Shown in pieces: positions 27,793 to 37,894 of a stretch of DNA of 64,000 nt. A program made the position numbers and the translations under genes. Position 1 is the stretch's first letter. Every line of letters starts with the position of its first letter. Under the pieces are notes generated by a model that made no database searches, was not told where the DNA came from, and saw only the letters and a list, made by a program, of their open reading frames with translations. The DNA comes from Clostridiales bacterium (lineage in GTDB: Bacteria > Bacillota > Clostridia > UBA1381): positions 28,978-92,977 of the forward strand of contig JAQXTR010000083.1 of assembly GCA_029219585.1 (NCBI GenBank), given 5' to 3'.

Positions 27793-29211
27793 TCAGAAGC
27801 GGAAATCTCTCATTCCGTCCTCAATCTTTTTAAGATTTTCAATTGTAATCTTACGAACCTTTGCATTCGGAATATTAAGCAGCTCTTTTTCGATAAGAGC
27901 ATTGCCGTGTTCCTGTGTTTCCGGGCTTGCGTAATCGACAAGATATTCTTTGAGCGTCATAATAGCGTTCGGCTGACAGCAGTTCTGAATTGCGCCGGAC
28001 TTCGCAAGCGGCATGAAACGGTCTCCAGTTCTCCCCTCACGGTAGCACGCGGTACAGAAGGACGGAATATATCCCATCTGAATAAGCCAGTCCGCAACCT
28101 CGTCAAGAGTGCGGGTATCACTCCTGTCAAACTGCGCTGTATTGTGCTCGGCATCCTCCGGCGTAACATAACCGCCCACCGAGGTCGAGGATGCACCCGA
28201 AATCTGAGAAATTCCAAGCTCAAGCGCCGCCCTGCGGTTTGCCTCGCTCTCTCTTGTGGAAACGATCATACCTGTATAAGGTACAGCCAGTCTTATAATC
28301 GCCACTATTTTCTGCCATATTTTGTCGGGCAGAGCATTTGAGAACTCATCCACATCAATATCATCCGCCGGGCACAGTCTTGGAACGCTTATTGTGTGAG
28401 GTCCAACTCCGAACACGGCCTCAAGATGCTCTGCGTGCATTAACAGACCGCAAAGCTCATAGGCATATGTTGAGAGCCCGAAAAGAACCCCCAGTCCTAC
28501 ATCGTCAATTCCGCCCTGCTGCGCGCGGTCCATTGCTTCTGTATGGTAGCAGTAATCGCTCTTAGGTCCGGCAGGATGCAGCTCCTCGTAATTCTTTTTG
28601 TTATAGGTTTCCTGGAACAGTATATATGTACCTATTCCCGAATTTTTAAGCCTTTTATAATTCTCAACTGTCGTTGCCGCAATATTGACATTTACACGGC
28701 GGATTGCTCCGTTCTTATGCTTTACGGAATAAATTGTGTCGATACACTCAAGAATATATTCAAGAGGGTTATTTACCGGATCCTCGCCCGCCTCAAGCGC
28801 AAGACGCTTATGTCCCATATCCTGCAATGCAATAACCTCCGCTCTCACCTCATCCTGTGTAAGCTTTTTGCGGAAAATATGCTTATTTTTCACGTGATAC
28901 GGACAATATGTGCATGAGTTTATACAATAGTTTGAAAGATAAAGCGGGGCAAAGAACACTATTCTGTTACCGTAAATACGTTGTTTCAGCTTCTTTGCAA
29001 GAGCATACATTTTCTCATTCAGCTCATCATCCTCGCAGGCAAGCAAAACAGATGCCTCTCTGTGAGTCAATCCTCGGCATTGTGCAGCCTTTTCAAGAAT
29101 GCTTTCTATCAGCGCACGGTCATCCTTGTGATTCTGCGCATACTCCAGACTGCAGAGAATCTCACTGTCATCAATAAAGTCATCGGCATACATTGATTTT
29201 ACATTGTACAT
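27793..29211 (-). CDS. hydG: [FeFe]-hydrogenase H-cluster radical SAM maturase HydG
   Basis: CINSCTYCPY (CX3CX2C) plus the C-terminal CTAC-X21/22-C cluster motif that distinguishes HydG from ThiH. 472 aa. Confidence 0.85.
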   Translation of the reverse strand: MYNVKSMYADDFIDDSEILCSLEYAQNHKDDRALIESILEKAAQCRGLTHREASVLLACEDDELNEKMYALAKKLKQRIYGNRIVFFAPLYLSNYCINSCTYCPYHVKNKHIFRKKLTQDEVRAEVIALQDMGHKRLALEAGEDPVNNPLEYILECIDTIYSVKHKNGAIRRVNVNIAATTVENYKRLKNSGIGTYILFQETYNKKNYEELHPAGPKSDYCYHTEAMDRAQQGGIDDVGLGVLFGLSTYAYELCGLLMHAEHLEAVFGVGPHTISVPRLCPADDIDVDEFSNALPDKIWQKIVAIIRLAVPYTGMIVSTRESEANRRAALELGISQISGASSTSVGGYVTPEDAEHNTAQFDRSDTRTLDEVADWLIQMGYIPSFCTACYREGRTGDRFMPLAKSGAIQNCCQPNAIMTLKEYLVDYASPETQEHGNALIEKELLNIPNAKVRKITIENLKKIEDGMRDFRF

Positions 29212-29308
29212 TGTATTTCATCCCTTTCGTATCTGTTATTATTTTATCACACTGCGATAGTTTTTACAAGGGGTTTATTAAAAATAAATTAAATTCCAAT
29301 ACCATCGT

Positions 29309-29340
29309 AAAAAGAACAGCCGCAGCATTACCGCTGCGGC
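29309..29340 (-). terminator. pheT terminator
   Basis: gccgcagc / gctgcggc stem followed by tgttcttttt on the minus strand. Confidence 0.75.
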
Positions 29341-29352
29341 CGAGATCTGTAG

Positions 29353-31716
29353 TTATTGCTTAAGGGAAATGCCCTTCTTTTCAAGCTTTGCCGTAATTGA
29401 ATCTATAACAGCAGACACTTCTTCTCTTGTGAGCGTCTTTTTACTGTCTGAGAATGTAATCCTGACAGTAATAGCTTTTCCGTTTTCATCCCTGTAAACA
29501 TCCGTAACCCTTATCTTTTTAATAATCGGTGATTTTTCCGATGCAATCGCAATTCCTATAGGCATAAATGTGCTTGTCATAAATGTGAGGTCTATCTCCA
29601 TTTCGGGGTATCGCGACGGCTCCGCATATATTATGCTGTTGTTTACGATCTCAGAAAATTCCTTTACGTCTATTTCAGCAAATACAATGGCTGCCTTCTT
29701 GTCTATCTTCTTTGAAACCACCGGATGAACAATACCAATCTCACCGATTTCCTTATCACCTATACAAACCGCATTGAGATTAATCGGGTGCTGGTATGAA
29801 TGCGCGGCGGTCTTTTCCTTTAAGGTAAGAGCTGAATGTTTTATATCATCAGCCATAACCGCAAGCATATCGCGAAGCTCCATATAAAGCTTTTCAACAT
29901 CCTTTGTCTTGCTGAACAGCGTAATTGCAAGCTTCTTGTGCTCCCTTGCAAGATTTGTTTCCGGATCAATACCGTCGGCAATTCTGCCTATTTCAAACAC
30001 GCCGAAATCAGGAGCATACGCTGTGTTGTAATTAACCTGACAAAGCTGTGTCGGGATAATTGAGCGGCGTATTGTCTCAATATTTGCGTTTGTAGCGTTC
30101 ACAAGCTTTATGTTGTCCTCAACCTCGATACCCAGAGCCTTGTATTCATCATAATACGCCCATACATATGAGTGCAGCTCATGGAGTGAATATCGCTTTA
30201 CAAGCAGATCCTTCAGTCTGTCCTCATCCGTCTTTTCAATATCGGCTCTTACAGGATAGAGCGGAGCCTGAGCGGTGTGAACATCAAAGTTGTCATAGCC
30301 GTAAATTCTCGTAATTTCTTCGATAATATCCGCCTTTATTGTAACATCCTTTGTAGCTCTCCAGCTGGGAACCGTAACGTCAAAGCTGTTGCCGTCAAGC
30401 GTTACTGCAAAGCCGAGTGACGTCAGGGTTTTTACAATCGTTTCATTGCTTATCTCAATACCCGTATAGCGGTCAACAAATTTCTTGTCAAACTTCAGCT
30501 CAATCTGAGGATAGTGATAAGCATATTCATCGGTGAGTGATGATACAACCTTCACTCCGCTGTCTATATCCGTCATAAGCTTTACAAAGCGTCCGATCGC
30601 CGTAACTGTCATTTCCGGGTCAAGGCACTTTTCATAACGCATTGAAGCGTCAGTTCTGTGTGAAAGTCTTACGGTTGATTTTCTTACGGATACCGAATCA
30701 AAGGTTGCCGATTCCAGAGTCAGAGTTGTTGTGTCATCGACAATTTCCGAGTCAAGTCCGCCCATGATACCGGCAATTGCCACGGGAGTATTGTCGTTGC
30801 ATATCATAAGCGTATCCTCGTCTATACTGCGCTCAACTCCGTCAAGTGTTGTAAATGTAAACGGCTTGTCAAAACGCTTTATTCTTATCTTTTCCACCTT
30901 CCTCGAATCAAACGCGTGCATGGGCTGACCCATTTCAAGCATCAAATAATTAGTCAGGTCGGCAAGGAAATTAATCGCCCTCATACCGCAGTAATACAGC
31001 CTTATTCTCATATTGACCGGACTGACCTTTGCTGAAATATTCTCAACCTGCAGACATGAATATCTCTGACAGAGCTTGTCCTCAATCTTCATATCAACCT
31101 TGGGAAGGTCGTTGTACTTTGAAAGGTCAACCGTTTCAATCGCCTTTAACGGTCTGCCCGAAAGCGCGGCAAACTCCCTTGCTATGCCGTAATGCCCCCA
31201 TAGATCGGGACGGTTGGTAAGCGATTTATTATCAACCTCAAATATAATATCGTCAATTGCATAAACACTTTTAATATCTGTGCCGTTCGCAACATCGTCA
31301 GTTATTTCCATTATACCGTCATGGTTGTCACTTATGCCTATTTCCTTTTCGGAACAGCACATACCGTTTGACACATATCCCGCAAGCGGCCGCGGAGTAA
31401 TCTCTATTTCGCCTATTTTTGCTCCGACTCTTGCAAACGCGGTTTTCATTCCCACTCTTACGTTGGGAGCGCCGCATACAACGTCTGTAAGCTCACCGTC
31501 TCCGGCGTCAACCTTCAGAAGATGCAGCTTCTTTGAATCCGGATGCGGTTCAACCGACTTAATTTCTGCAACAACAATACCGCTAATGTCGCTGCCCTTG
31601 AAGTATATTTCATTTTCAACCTCTGCTGTTGACAGTGAGAACTGATTTATAAGCTTCACCTTGTCAAGACCCGACAGGTCAACAAAATCAGAAATCCAAT
31701 TCATTGATAAAAACAT
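29353..31716 (-). CDS. pheT: phenylalanine--tRNA ligase beta subunit
   Basis: 787 aa. N-terminal MNWISDF...tRNA-binding domain, then B3/4 and B5 regions. GGGGGAG RBS. Confidence 0.95.
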   Translation of the reverse strand: MFLSMNWISDFVDLSGLDKVKLINQFSLSTAEVENEIYFKGSDISGIVVAEIKSVEPHPDSKKLHLLKVDAGDGELTDVVCGAPNVRVGMKTAFARVGAKIGEIEITPRPLAGYVSNGMCCSEKEIGISDNHDGIMEITDDVANGTDIKSVYAIDDIIFEVDNKSLTNRPDLWGHYGIAREFAALSGRPLKAIETVDLSKYNDLPKVDMKIEDKLCQRYSCLQVENISAKVSPVNMRIRLYYCGMRAINFLADLTNYLMLEMGQPMHAFDSRKVEKIRIKRFDKPFTFTTLDGVERSIDEDTLMICNDNTPVAIAGIMGGLDSEIVDDTTTLTLESATFDSVSVRKSTVRLSHRTDASMRYEKCLDPEMTVTAIGRFVKLMTDIDSGVKVVSSLTDEYAYHYPQIELKFDKKFVDRYTGIEISNETIVKTLTSLGFAVTLDGNSFDVTVPSWRATKDVTIKADIIEEITRIYGYDNFDVHTAQAPLYPVRADIEKTDEDRLKDLLVKRYSLHELHSYVWAYYDEYKALGIEVEDNIKLVNATNANIETIRRSIIPTQLCQVNYNTAYAPDFGVFEIGRIADGIDPETNLAREHKKLAITLFSKTKDVEKLYMELRDMLAVMADDIKHSALTLKEKTAAHSYQHPINLNAVCIGDKEIGEIGIVHPVVSKKIDKKAAIVFAEIDVKEFSEIVNNSIIYAEPSRYPEMEIDLTFMTSTFMPIGIAIASEKSPIIKKIRVTDVYRDENGKAITVRITFSDSKKTLTREEVSAVIDSITAKLEKKGISLKQ

Positions 31717-31736
31717 TATGTTCTCCCCCTTTCCTG

Positions 31737-32789
31737 TTATTCATCATCCGTGAACTGAGATAAGCTCTTTAAGCTGCCGCTGTTTAGATCACGTATATCC
31801 TTAACGCCGTACTTCATCATAGCAAGTCTTGTAAGACCAAGCCCGAACGCAAAGCCTGTGTAGTCCTCAGGATCAATGCCGCCTGCCTTAAGTACCTCCG
31901 GATGGATCATTCCGCATGGGCACAGCTCCAGCCAGCCGCTGTGCTTGCACGAAGGGCAGCCCTCTCCGCCGCAGATAAGGCAGCTTATATCAAGCTCAAA
32001 GCCCGGCTCGACAAACGGGAAAAAGCCCGGTCGCAGTCTTACCTTTATATCCTTCTTAAATACCTCCGAAAGCATTGTCTTCATGAAATATATAAGATTG
32101 GAAATTGAAATATTCTTGTCTACCATAACGCCTTCCATCTGGAAGAAGGTGTTTTCATGGCACGCATCGGTCGCCTCGTTTCTGAAGCAGCGTCCGGGGA
32201 ATATCGCCTTGATCGGAACACCGTCGTGTATGAGCGCATCCTTATACTTTCTGTAAATAGCGTTCTGCGCCGCGGACGTCTGTGATTTTAATAGCTGTCC
32301 GTTTGTGAGATAATATGTGTCCTGCATATCCCTTGCCGGATGATGCTTGGGGATATTGAGCGATTCAAAGCACTCATAGTCGGTCACAATCTCGCTGTAA
32401 TCCTCAACGGTAAAGCCCATAGACTTAAATATCCTCTCACACTCACGCTGAACAAGCGTAATAGGGTGGTAAGAGCCTCTCTCAAGATAAGCCGGAATTG
32501 AAACATCAAATTTCGGCATAGTGTTGATTTCTCTTTCAATCTCTTTTTTCTTAAGCTCCTCCGTTTTTTTTGCAATCGTGTCTGCAAGCTCTGATTTAAG
32601 CCTGTTAACCTCCTGCCCGAAGGTTTTTTTCTCCTCGGCAGAGAGACTCCTCATATTCTTAAGCAGCTCTGTAATACTGCCTTTTTTACCAAGGAATTCA
32701 ACTCTTATGCCGTCAAGCTCCTTAGCATCAGATACAGCCTTAAGCTTAGAGGCAAATTCCTGTCTTAGTTTTTCTGTTAATTCTGACAT
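31737..32789 (-). CDS. pheS: phenylalanine--tRNA ligase alpha subunit
   Basis: Class II motifs (HPARDMQDTYY, FPGRCFRNE, GFAFGLGLTRLAM). Start reset to ATG 32789 (MSELTEKL). Confidence 0.95.
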   Translation of the reverse strand: MSELTEKLRQEFASKLKAVSDAKELDGIRVEFLGKKGSITELLKNMRSLSAEEKKTFGQEVNRLKSELADTIAKKTEELKKKEIEREINTMPKFDVSIPAYLERGSYHPITLVQRECERIFKSMGFTVEDYSEIVTDYECFESLNIPKHHPARDMQDTYYLTNGQLLKSQTSAAQNAIYRKYKDALIHDGVPIKAIFPGRCFRNEATDACHENTFFQMEGVMVDKNISISNLIYFMKTMLSEVFKKDIKVRLRPGFFPFVEPGFELDISCLICGGEGCPSCKHSGWLELCPCGMIHPEVLKAGGIDPEDYTGFAFGLGLTRLAMMKYGVKDIRDLNSGSLKSLSQFTDDE

Positions 32790-32918
32790 ATATTTTTCCT
32801 TTCTATAAGATAAATAATTTTTTACAAATAATATCATAACAATGTTTTTACGGGGTTCTGTCCGGCTATAGCCTGCATTAAGTACCATGTATTTTAATCG
32901 TACTTAATACATAATCTT

Positions 32919-33572
32919 CTACATAACCTCATTGCCGTCTATGAGCATTCTTTTTCGATGTACAGCGGTGAAGGACGGCACAAAGCCTTCGCAGTATTTT
33001 TCCATAGCCGCAACAACCGTTTCCGGTTTGAGATTATAGCTGCTGCCGCAGGATACCTCAAGTCCGATTGTCTGAATACCGTCCTTAAAGCCCATGTCCT
33101 CCGCTTCAAATATGTGCGGTCTTATGTCGGAATCACTTATTCCCTTCTTTGTTTTTTTCGGAACCGTCAGCTCACTCCGCTCCATAAGAGCATTTATGTC
33201 CCCCGGAGCTTCACATTCGATTTCCACAATGTATTCAGCCCGGTTTATTTTAGTCAGGTCGATTTCCTTTGCCTTAAGACGGTATGCTGCATATATTCTG
33301 AACCCCGGTGGCAGACAGCGGTTTATCTCATCTCTGACCTGATCATTGTCAAGACCTGTTACCAAGCCAACCTTCATATAATCGCACTCGCTTGTGACGC
33401 CAACCGGCAGCGGCTGAGCAATCGTCATAACAGGATGAGGATTAAATCCCTGCGAGAACTCAAAATTCAGCTTAGAACGTCTTATTGCCCTATGAAAGCA
33501 CCGCACAAAGTCCAGATGTGAAATGAACTTTACACGTTCATCTCTGCCGTATTTTAAAATAAATTTACTCAT
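32919..33572 (-). CDS. radical-SAM-associated protein (DUF2344 / TIGR03936-like)
   Basis: MSKFILKYGRDERVKFISHLD...GFNPHP pattern. ATGA start/stop overlap with the upstream radical SAM gene. Confidence 0.8.
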   Translation of the reverse strand: MSKFILKYGRDERVKFISHLDFVRCFHRAIRRSKLNFEFSQGFNPHPVMTIAQPLPVGVTSECDYMKVGLVTGLDNDQVRDEINRCLPPGFRIYAAYRLKAKEIDLTKINRAEYIVEIECEAPGDINALMERSELTVPKKTKKGISDSDIRPHIFEAEDMGFKDGIQTIGLEVSCGSSYNLKPETVVAAMEKYCEGFVPSFTAVHRKRMLIDGNEVM

Positions 33573-35440
33573 TGCGCCGCACCCTCCTTATTCCGCTCCT
33601 CAAAGCACACTCCCGTACCGAATTGCGCCGCGCCGCAGCCGGAGCACTTTAAGCGGCAATGCGGTGTTGTCGCTGCAGCCTTTGCCTTTTCATTCTCGTT
33701 TATAAGGAACTGCTTCGTTACTCCTATGTCAATATGATCCCACGGGAGAAGCTCATCATAGCTTCTCTCTCTTGCAGCGTAAAAGTCGGGATCAAGTCCG
33801 CACTCGCTTATTGCCTGCATCCATTTGTCAAAGTCAAAGAAATCGCCCCAGCTGTCAAATTTACATCCAAGCTCAACAGCCCGTATTATCGCTCTGCAAA
33901 GACGCCGGTCGCCACGCGCAAAGACACCCTCAAGGTAGCTTGTCTTATCATCATGATAGGTGTAGCGTATCCTCCTGTTCGGAATATTCTCCCTTACAAG
34001 CCGCTGCTTTCTTATAAGCTCCTCGCGCGAATTCATACCAAACCACTGGAATGCCGTAAACGGCTTTGGCACAAAGGAGGATGCGCTTATGGTAATGTTT
34101 ATATTCTTAGCTCTCTCTTCCTTGGGAATGTCAAAATATACATCAAGAATCCGACCCGCAAGCGCAGCTATCTCCTTCACATCATCATCCGTTTCCGTCG
34201 GCAGTCCCAGCATAAAATACAGCTTGACATTTGTCCAGCCGCCCGCAAAAAGCAGAGCGGTCGACTTCATGACATCATCCTCTATTACGTTTTTGTTTAT
34301 AACATTGCGCAGACGCTGTGTGCCTGCCTCTATCGCAAACGTGATACCGCTTTTTCTTACCTTCTGGACCTTCTCCATAAGCTCCAGAGAGAAATTATCT
34401 ATCCGCAGCGAAGGCAGAGAAAGACCTATTTTCTTTTCCTCCGTAATTTTAAGCAGACCGTCGGTAAGCTCCGGCAGACCGGAATAGTCGCTTGTAGACA
34501 GAGAGGACAGGGAAATTTCATCGTAACCGCTGCACGACAGCAGATCATTGGCAAGTCCTAAAAGAGTTTCCGGCTTTCTCTCCCTGAGCGGGCGGTATAT
34601 GTAGCCCGCCTGGCAGAACCGGCAGCCTCTGAGGCAGCCTCTCATAACCTCAAGCATAACACGGTCGTGAACAACCTCGCCGAAGGGAACAATAATTGTA
34701 TCCGGCGCATAGGTGGTGTTAAAATCCTTCATAATACGCTTTCTTATTTTTTCCGGTGCATGAGGATTATTAGGCGTTATGCTCCTGATTGTTCCGTCAT
34801 CATTATATTCAACATCATAGAAAGACGGCACATAGATACCCTCTACTTCATCGAGAAGCTTTTCAAGAAACTCCTTCTTGCTCTTTTTTCCGTCCTTCTT
34901 CCATGCCTTAAGAACCTCCATTGTTTCATGAACCTGTTCCTCGCCCTCGCCAAGCATGAAAAAATCAAACATATCGGCAATCGGTTCCGCATTATACGCG
35001 CACGGACCGCCGCCGTAAATAAGCGGAAAACTCTCGCTCCGCTCTGCCGCCATAAGCGGTATTCCTGCAAGATTAAGCATATTCACAATATTTGAATATG
35101 AAAGCTCATACTGCAATGTAAAGCCCAGTATGTCAAAATGTGTTACCTCATCGCCGGATTCCAGTGCAAACAGCTTCATATCATGCCTGCGCATTTCCTG
35201 CTCCATATCATCCCAAGGCGCAAAAACACGTTCACACCATGTATCCTTACGATTATTGAGAGTGTGATATATTATTTTCATTCCGAGATGCGACATTGCA
35301 ATCTCGTAAACATCCGGGAAACAGAAGCCGAACCTTATCTCAACCTCATCCGCATTCTTTATTACAGCGTTCAGCTCACCGCCGGTATAGCGTGTCGGCT
35401 TCATAACACCCGATAATATTTTGTCCTTTAAAGTTATCAT
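33569..35440 (-). CDS. B12-binding-domain radical SAM protein (TIGR03960-like)
   Basis: CLRGCRFCQAG (CX3CX2C), N-terminal B12-like domain, 623 aa. Confidence 0.85.
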   Translation of the reverse strand: MITLKDKILSGVMKPTRYTGGELNAVIKNADEVEIRFGFCFPDVYEIAMSHLGMKIIYHTLNNRKDTWCERVFAPWDDMEQEMRRHDMKLFALESGDEVTHFDILGFTLQYELSYSNIVNMLNLAGIPLMAAERSESFPLIYGGGPCAYNAEPIADMFDFFMLGEGEEQVHETMEVLKAWKKDGKKSKKEFLEKLLDEVEGIYVPSFYDVEYNDDGTIRSITPNNPHAPEKIRKRIMKDFNTTYAPDTIIVPFGEVVHDRVMLEVMRGCLRGCRFCQAGYIYRPLRERKPETLLGLANDLLSCSGYDEISLSSLSTSDYSGLPELTDGLLKITEEKKIGLSLPSLRIDNFSLELMEKVQKVRKSGITFAIEAGTQRLRNVINKNVIEDDVMKSTALLFAGGWTNVKLYFMLGLPTETDDDVKEIAALAGRILDVYFDIPKEERAKNINITISASSFVPKPFTAFQWFGMNSREELIRKQRLVRENIPNRRIRYTYHDDKTSYLEGVFARGDRRLCRAIIRAVELGCKFDSWGDFFDFDKWMQAISECGLDPDFYAARERSYDELLPWDHIDIGVTKQFLINENEKAKAAATTPHCRLKCSGCGAAQFGTGVCFEERNKEGAAQ

Positions 35441-35835
35441 TCTTCCGCAGTATCTCCATTATTTTTCTTCTTGTTGAATATCCCTGATATTCTGTCAACC
35501 ATATCCGGCGCAAGCTCTATAAGCTTTTCGATAGGTCCTGCCCCCTCGTCCGTAGAAACAAAACGGATGCTTCCGCTTTTTGTTATAACGAGAAAGCCCT
35601 CCGGTCTGATAGACGCACCCGCGCCCACGCCTCCTCCGAACAGATTATTTCCTGCCGCATCGGTTTCCTTGAACTCGCTCCCGCCGCCTCCGACGCCGAA
35701 AGCCACTCTTGCGATAGGAATAATCATTGTGCCGTCCGCTGCCGTTACCGTATCACCGATAATACTCTCAGCGGTAAACAATCCGTCCATAGAATCTATG
35801 GCGGTTTCAATCAGGTCCTTAATCGGATTTGCCAT
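35437..35835 (-). CDS. ytfJ: sporulation protein YtfJ / GerW family
   Basis: IIGDTV...IIPIARVAFGVGGGGSEF...GGGVGAGASIRPEGFLV pattern. Confidence 0.85.
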   Translation of the reverse strand: MANPIKDLIETAIDSMDGLFTAESIIGDTVTAADGTMIIPIARVAFGVGGGGSEFKETDAAGNNLFGGGVGAGASIRPEGFLVITKSGSIRFVSTDEGAGPIEKLIELAPDMVDRISGIFNKKKNNGDTAEE

Positions 35836-36464
35836 TATTTGTGTTCCCCTTTCATACTCTTGTGTTTTTTATACAGCGGCAAAATCTGAAGCAGCATAAT
35901 AACTGCCAGAGCCGCAAGGTTAAATAAATTCGTTGTTATTATAGCCCCTGCCTCCGCAAAAATATGCGGATTTTTAAAATCGGGTTTAAACTCTTCCCTA
36001 TGCTTTCTAAGACGCATCTTTTTATCCATAACTCCGAGAACATTATATATAAACGCTGCCGCAGCCCCGAATAAAAGTCCCGTCTGCATTGCGTCCTCTG
36101 TGCCGAAAATCAGTTTAATATCTATTTGATTTATTGTAACCGCATGCCTGAACATATATCCCAGAATTTTACAAAGAGCTTCCTTAAGCTCCGTGATATT
36201 GGCGCGAACAAATGATATGGTGCTTTTTACCTTATCCGGTTTCTCCTCTGTTTCTTTTTCCGCATCTTTTGCAGTCTCATCAGCCGCCTCCGAAACCGTT
36301 TCCTTTGATTTCGGAAGACGTATTCGAATAAATCCGTACTTCAGATCAAAAGACCGGTCAAGGACGTTGTTGGTATAGGAAAGATATGCTTCACATTTTA
36401 TGGGTATAAAAAATATAATTGCAAGAACCGCGATAATTATTGCAGCAACAATCAATACTGTCAT
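35835..36464 (-). CDS. ytfI: DUF2953 (YtfI-like) sporulation membrane protein
   Basis: N-terminal TM helix. Conserved ytfI-ytfJ pairing; the TAATG junction shares one nucleotide. Confidence 0.7.
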   Translation of the reverse strand: MTVLIVAAIIIAVLAIIFFIPIKCEAYLSYTNNVLDRSFDLKYGFIRIRLPKSKETVSEAADETAKDAEKETEEKPDKVKSTISFVRANITELKEALCKILGYMFRHAVTINQIDIKLIFGTEDAMQTGLLFGAAAAFIYNVLGVMDKKMRLRKHREEFKPDFKNPHIFAEAGAIITTNLFNLAALAVIMLLQILPLYKKHKSMKGEHK

Positions 36465-36485
36465 GCTATCTCTCCTCCGTACACC

Positions 36486-37118
36486 TTACTGCTCCGGCTG
36501 CTGCTCCTGATCCGTTTGCTCCGAAAGCTGCGGTGTCTCTCCGACTTCCCCGACTTCTTCATCCTCCGTTATCGACAGCTGCTCACCCGTTTCGGCAAGC
36601 TCCGGCATTATGTTCTTAAAGTTAATCGGCGGAAGATCGCGCGGTGTGCGCAGACCGAAGCAGCGGAGAAACACGTCCGTTGTTTTATACAAAATCGGGC
36701 GGCCCGGCGCGTCCAGCCTTCCGCACTCATCTATCAACCCCCGCTCATAGAGTCTGTTCACGCAGCCGTCGGAATTTACACCCCGTATTTTCTCTACCAT
36801 GCCGCGCGTTACCGGCTGCTTGTACGCGATTATCGCCAGAGCCTCCATTGCGGCATTTGAAAGAGGCTGATTCCTCTGCTCACCCAATATTTCACGTATA
36901 TATGTATAATACTCAGGTCTTGAGCATATCTGATAGCCGTCTGAAATCTCTATAATATTAAAGCCGCGGTGATCATTGTCATATTCCTCTTTCAGTTCAG
37001 CTACAGCATCCTCTATCTCCTGTACCTTTCTGTCCAGTACAACGGCAAGCTTTGCCGCCTTAACCGGCTCACCTGCGGCAAATAATATACCCTCTATGGC
37101 ATATTTTATGTTATCCAT
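36486..37118 (-). CDS. scpB: SMC-Scp complex subunit ScpB
   Basis: IEGILFAAGEPV...ALAIIAYKQPVTRGMVEKIRGV pattern. ATG 37118 chosen over the track TTG. Confidence 0.92.
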   Translation of the reverse strand: MDNIKYAIEGILFAAGEPVKAAKLAVVLDRKVQEIEDAVAELKEEYDNDHRGFNIIEISDGYQICSRPEYYTYIREILGEQRNQPLSNAAMEALAIIAYKQPVTRGMVEKIRGVNSDGCVNRLYERGLIDECGRLDAPGRPILYKTTDVFLRCFGLRTPRDLPPINFKNIMPELAETGEQLSITEDEEVGEVGETPQLSEQTDQEQQPEQ

Positions 37119-37140
37119 CAAAATTTATCCCTTCATTAAC

Positions 37141-37881
37141 CTATTGCGCTCCGTCAGATCCCGAACATGAGGATATAATAAACTCCTCCCGCTCCTCACT
37201 GTAATCGGCGCGTATTTTCTTCAGCTTAATCATCTCAAGAACCGCGAGAAATGTTGCTATCATTTCAGGCCGTGAATCCTCCTCACGGAACAACGCGGAG
37301 AATCCTACCTTTTTCCGGCGGTGAAGCACCTTACAGACCTTTTCTACCATGTCATCAACCGAAACCTTCTCACGTCCGACAATTCCCGAAAATGCCCGTT
37401 TCTCAGGCTTGGCCTTTCTTATTCTCCGCTGCAGTATGCTGTTAAACGCATCTGCAAGCTCTGAAAGCTCATGCTGTCTGTTGTATTCCGGCATGGGGAA
37501 CTTGATTTGTTCTTCCTCACGGAATACCATATACCTTGATGAAAATTCACTCTTGCGCATCTCATGCGACGCTTCCTTGAATTTCTTATATTCATAGAGT
37601 CTGCGGGCAAGCTCTTCACGCGGATCCTCCTCGTCCTCCTCCTTCTCCTCCTTCGGAAGGAGCATTCTGGATTTTATATAAAGAAGCTGCGCCGCAAGCA
37701 CAATAAATTCGCTTGTATCGTCAAGACGTGACTTTTCAATCCCCTCAATCGCTTCAAGATACTGATCTGTTATCTCAACTATGGGTATGTCCCATATACT
37801 GACCTTGTTCTTTTTTATAAGAGTCCGCAGCAGATCGCGAGGTCCCTCCAAGCGGTCCAGCTTATATTTCAATTCTTCCAT
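37141..37881 (-). CDS. scpA: segregation and condensation protein A (kleisin)
   Basis: FEGPRDLL-type N-terminus (LEGPRDLLRTLIKKNKVSIWDIPI). Confidence 0.92.
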   Translation of the reverse strand: MEELKYKLDRLEGPRDLLRTLIKKNKVSIWDIPIVEITDQYLEAIEGIEKSRLDDTSEFIVLAAQLLYIKSRMLLPKEEKEEDEEDPREELARRLYEYKKFKEASHEMRKSEFSSRYMVFREEEQIKFPMPEYNRQHELSELADAFNSILQRRIRKAKPEKRAFSGIVGREKVSVDDMVEKVCKVLHRRKKVGFSALFREEDSRPEMIATFLAVLEMIKLKKIRADYSEEREEFIISSCSGSDGAQ

Positions 37882-37894
37882 CTATGCCACCATA

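Noticed and set aside
32790-32918. Looked for a T-box or other leader upstream of pheS
   Set aside because: Only 129 nt are available and there is no T-box sequence (GGTGGTACCGCG-like). The hairpin at 32877-32908 lacks a U-run and may be a processing or stability element.
33659-34561. 300-aa ORF on the plus strand
   Set aside because: It lies entirely antisense to the well-supported radical SAM gene. It has a low-complexity, Cys/Arg/Leu-biased composition, no RBS and no recognisable motif. It is an antisense-frame artefact.
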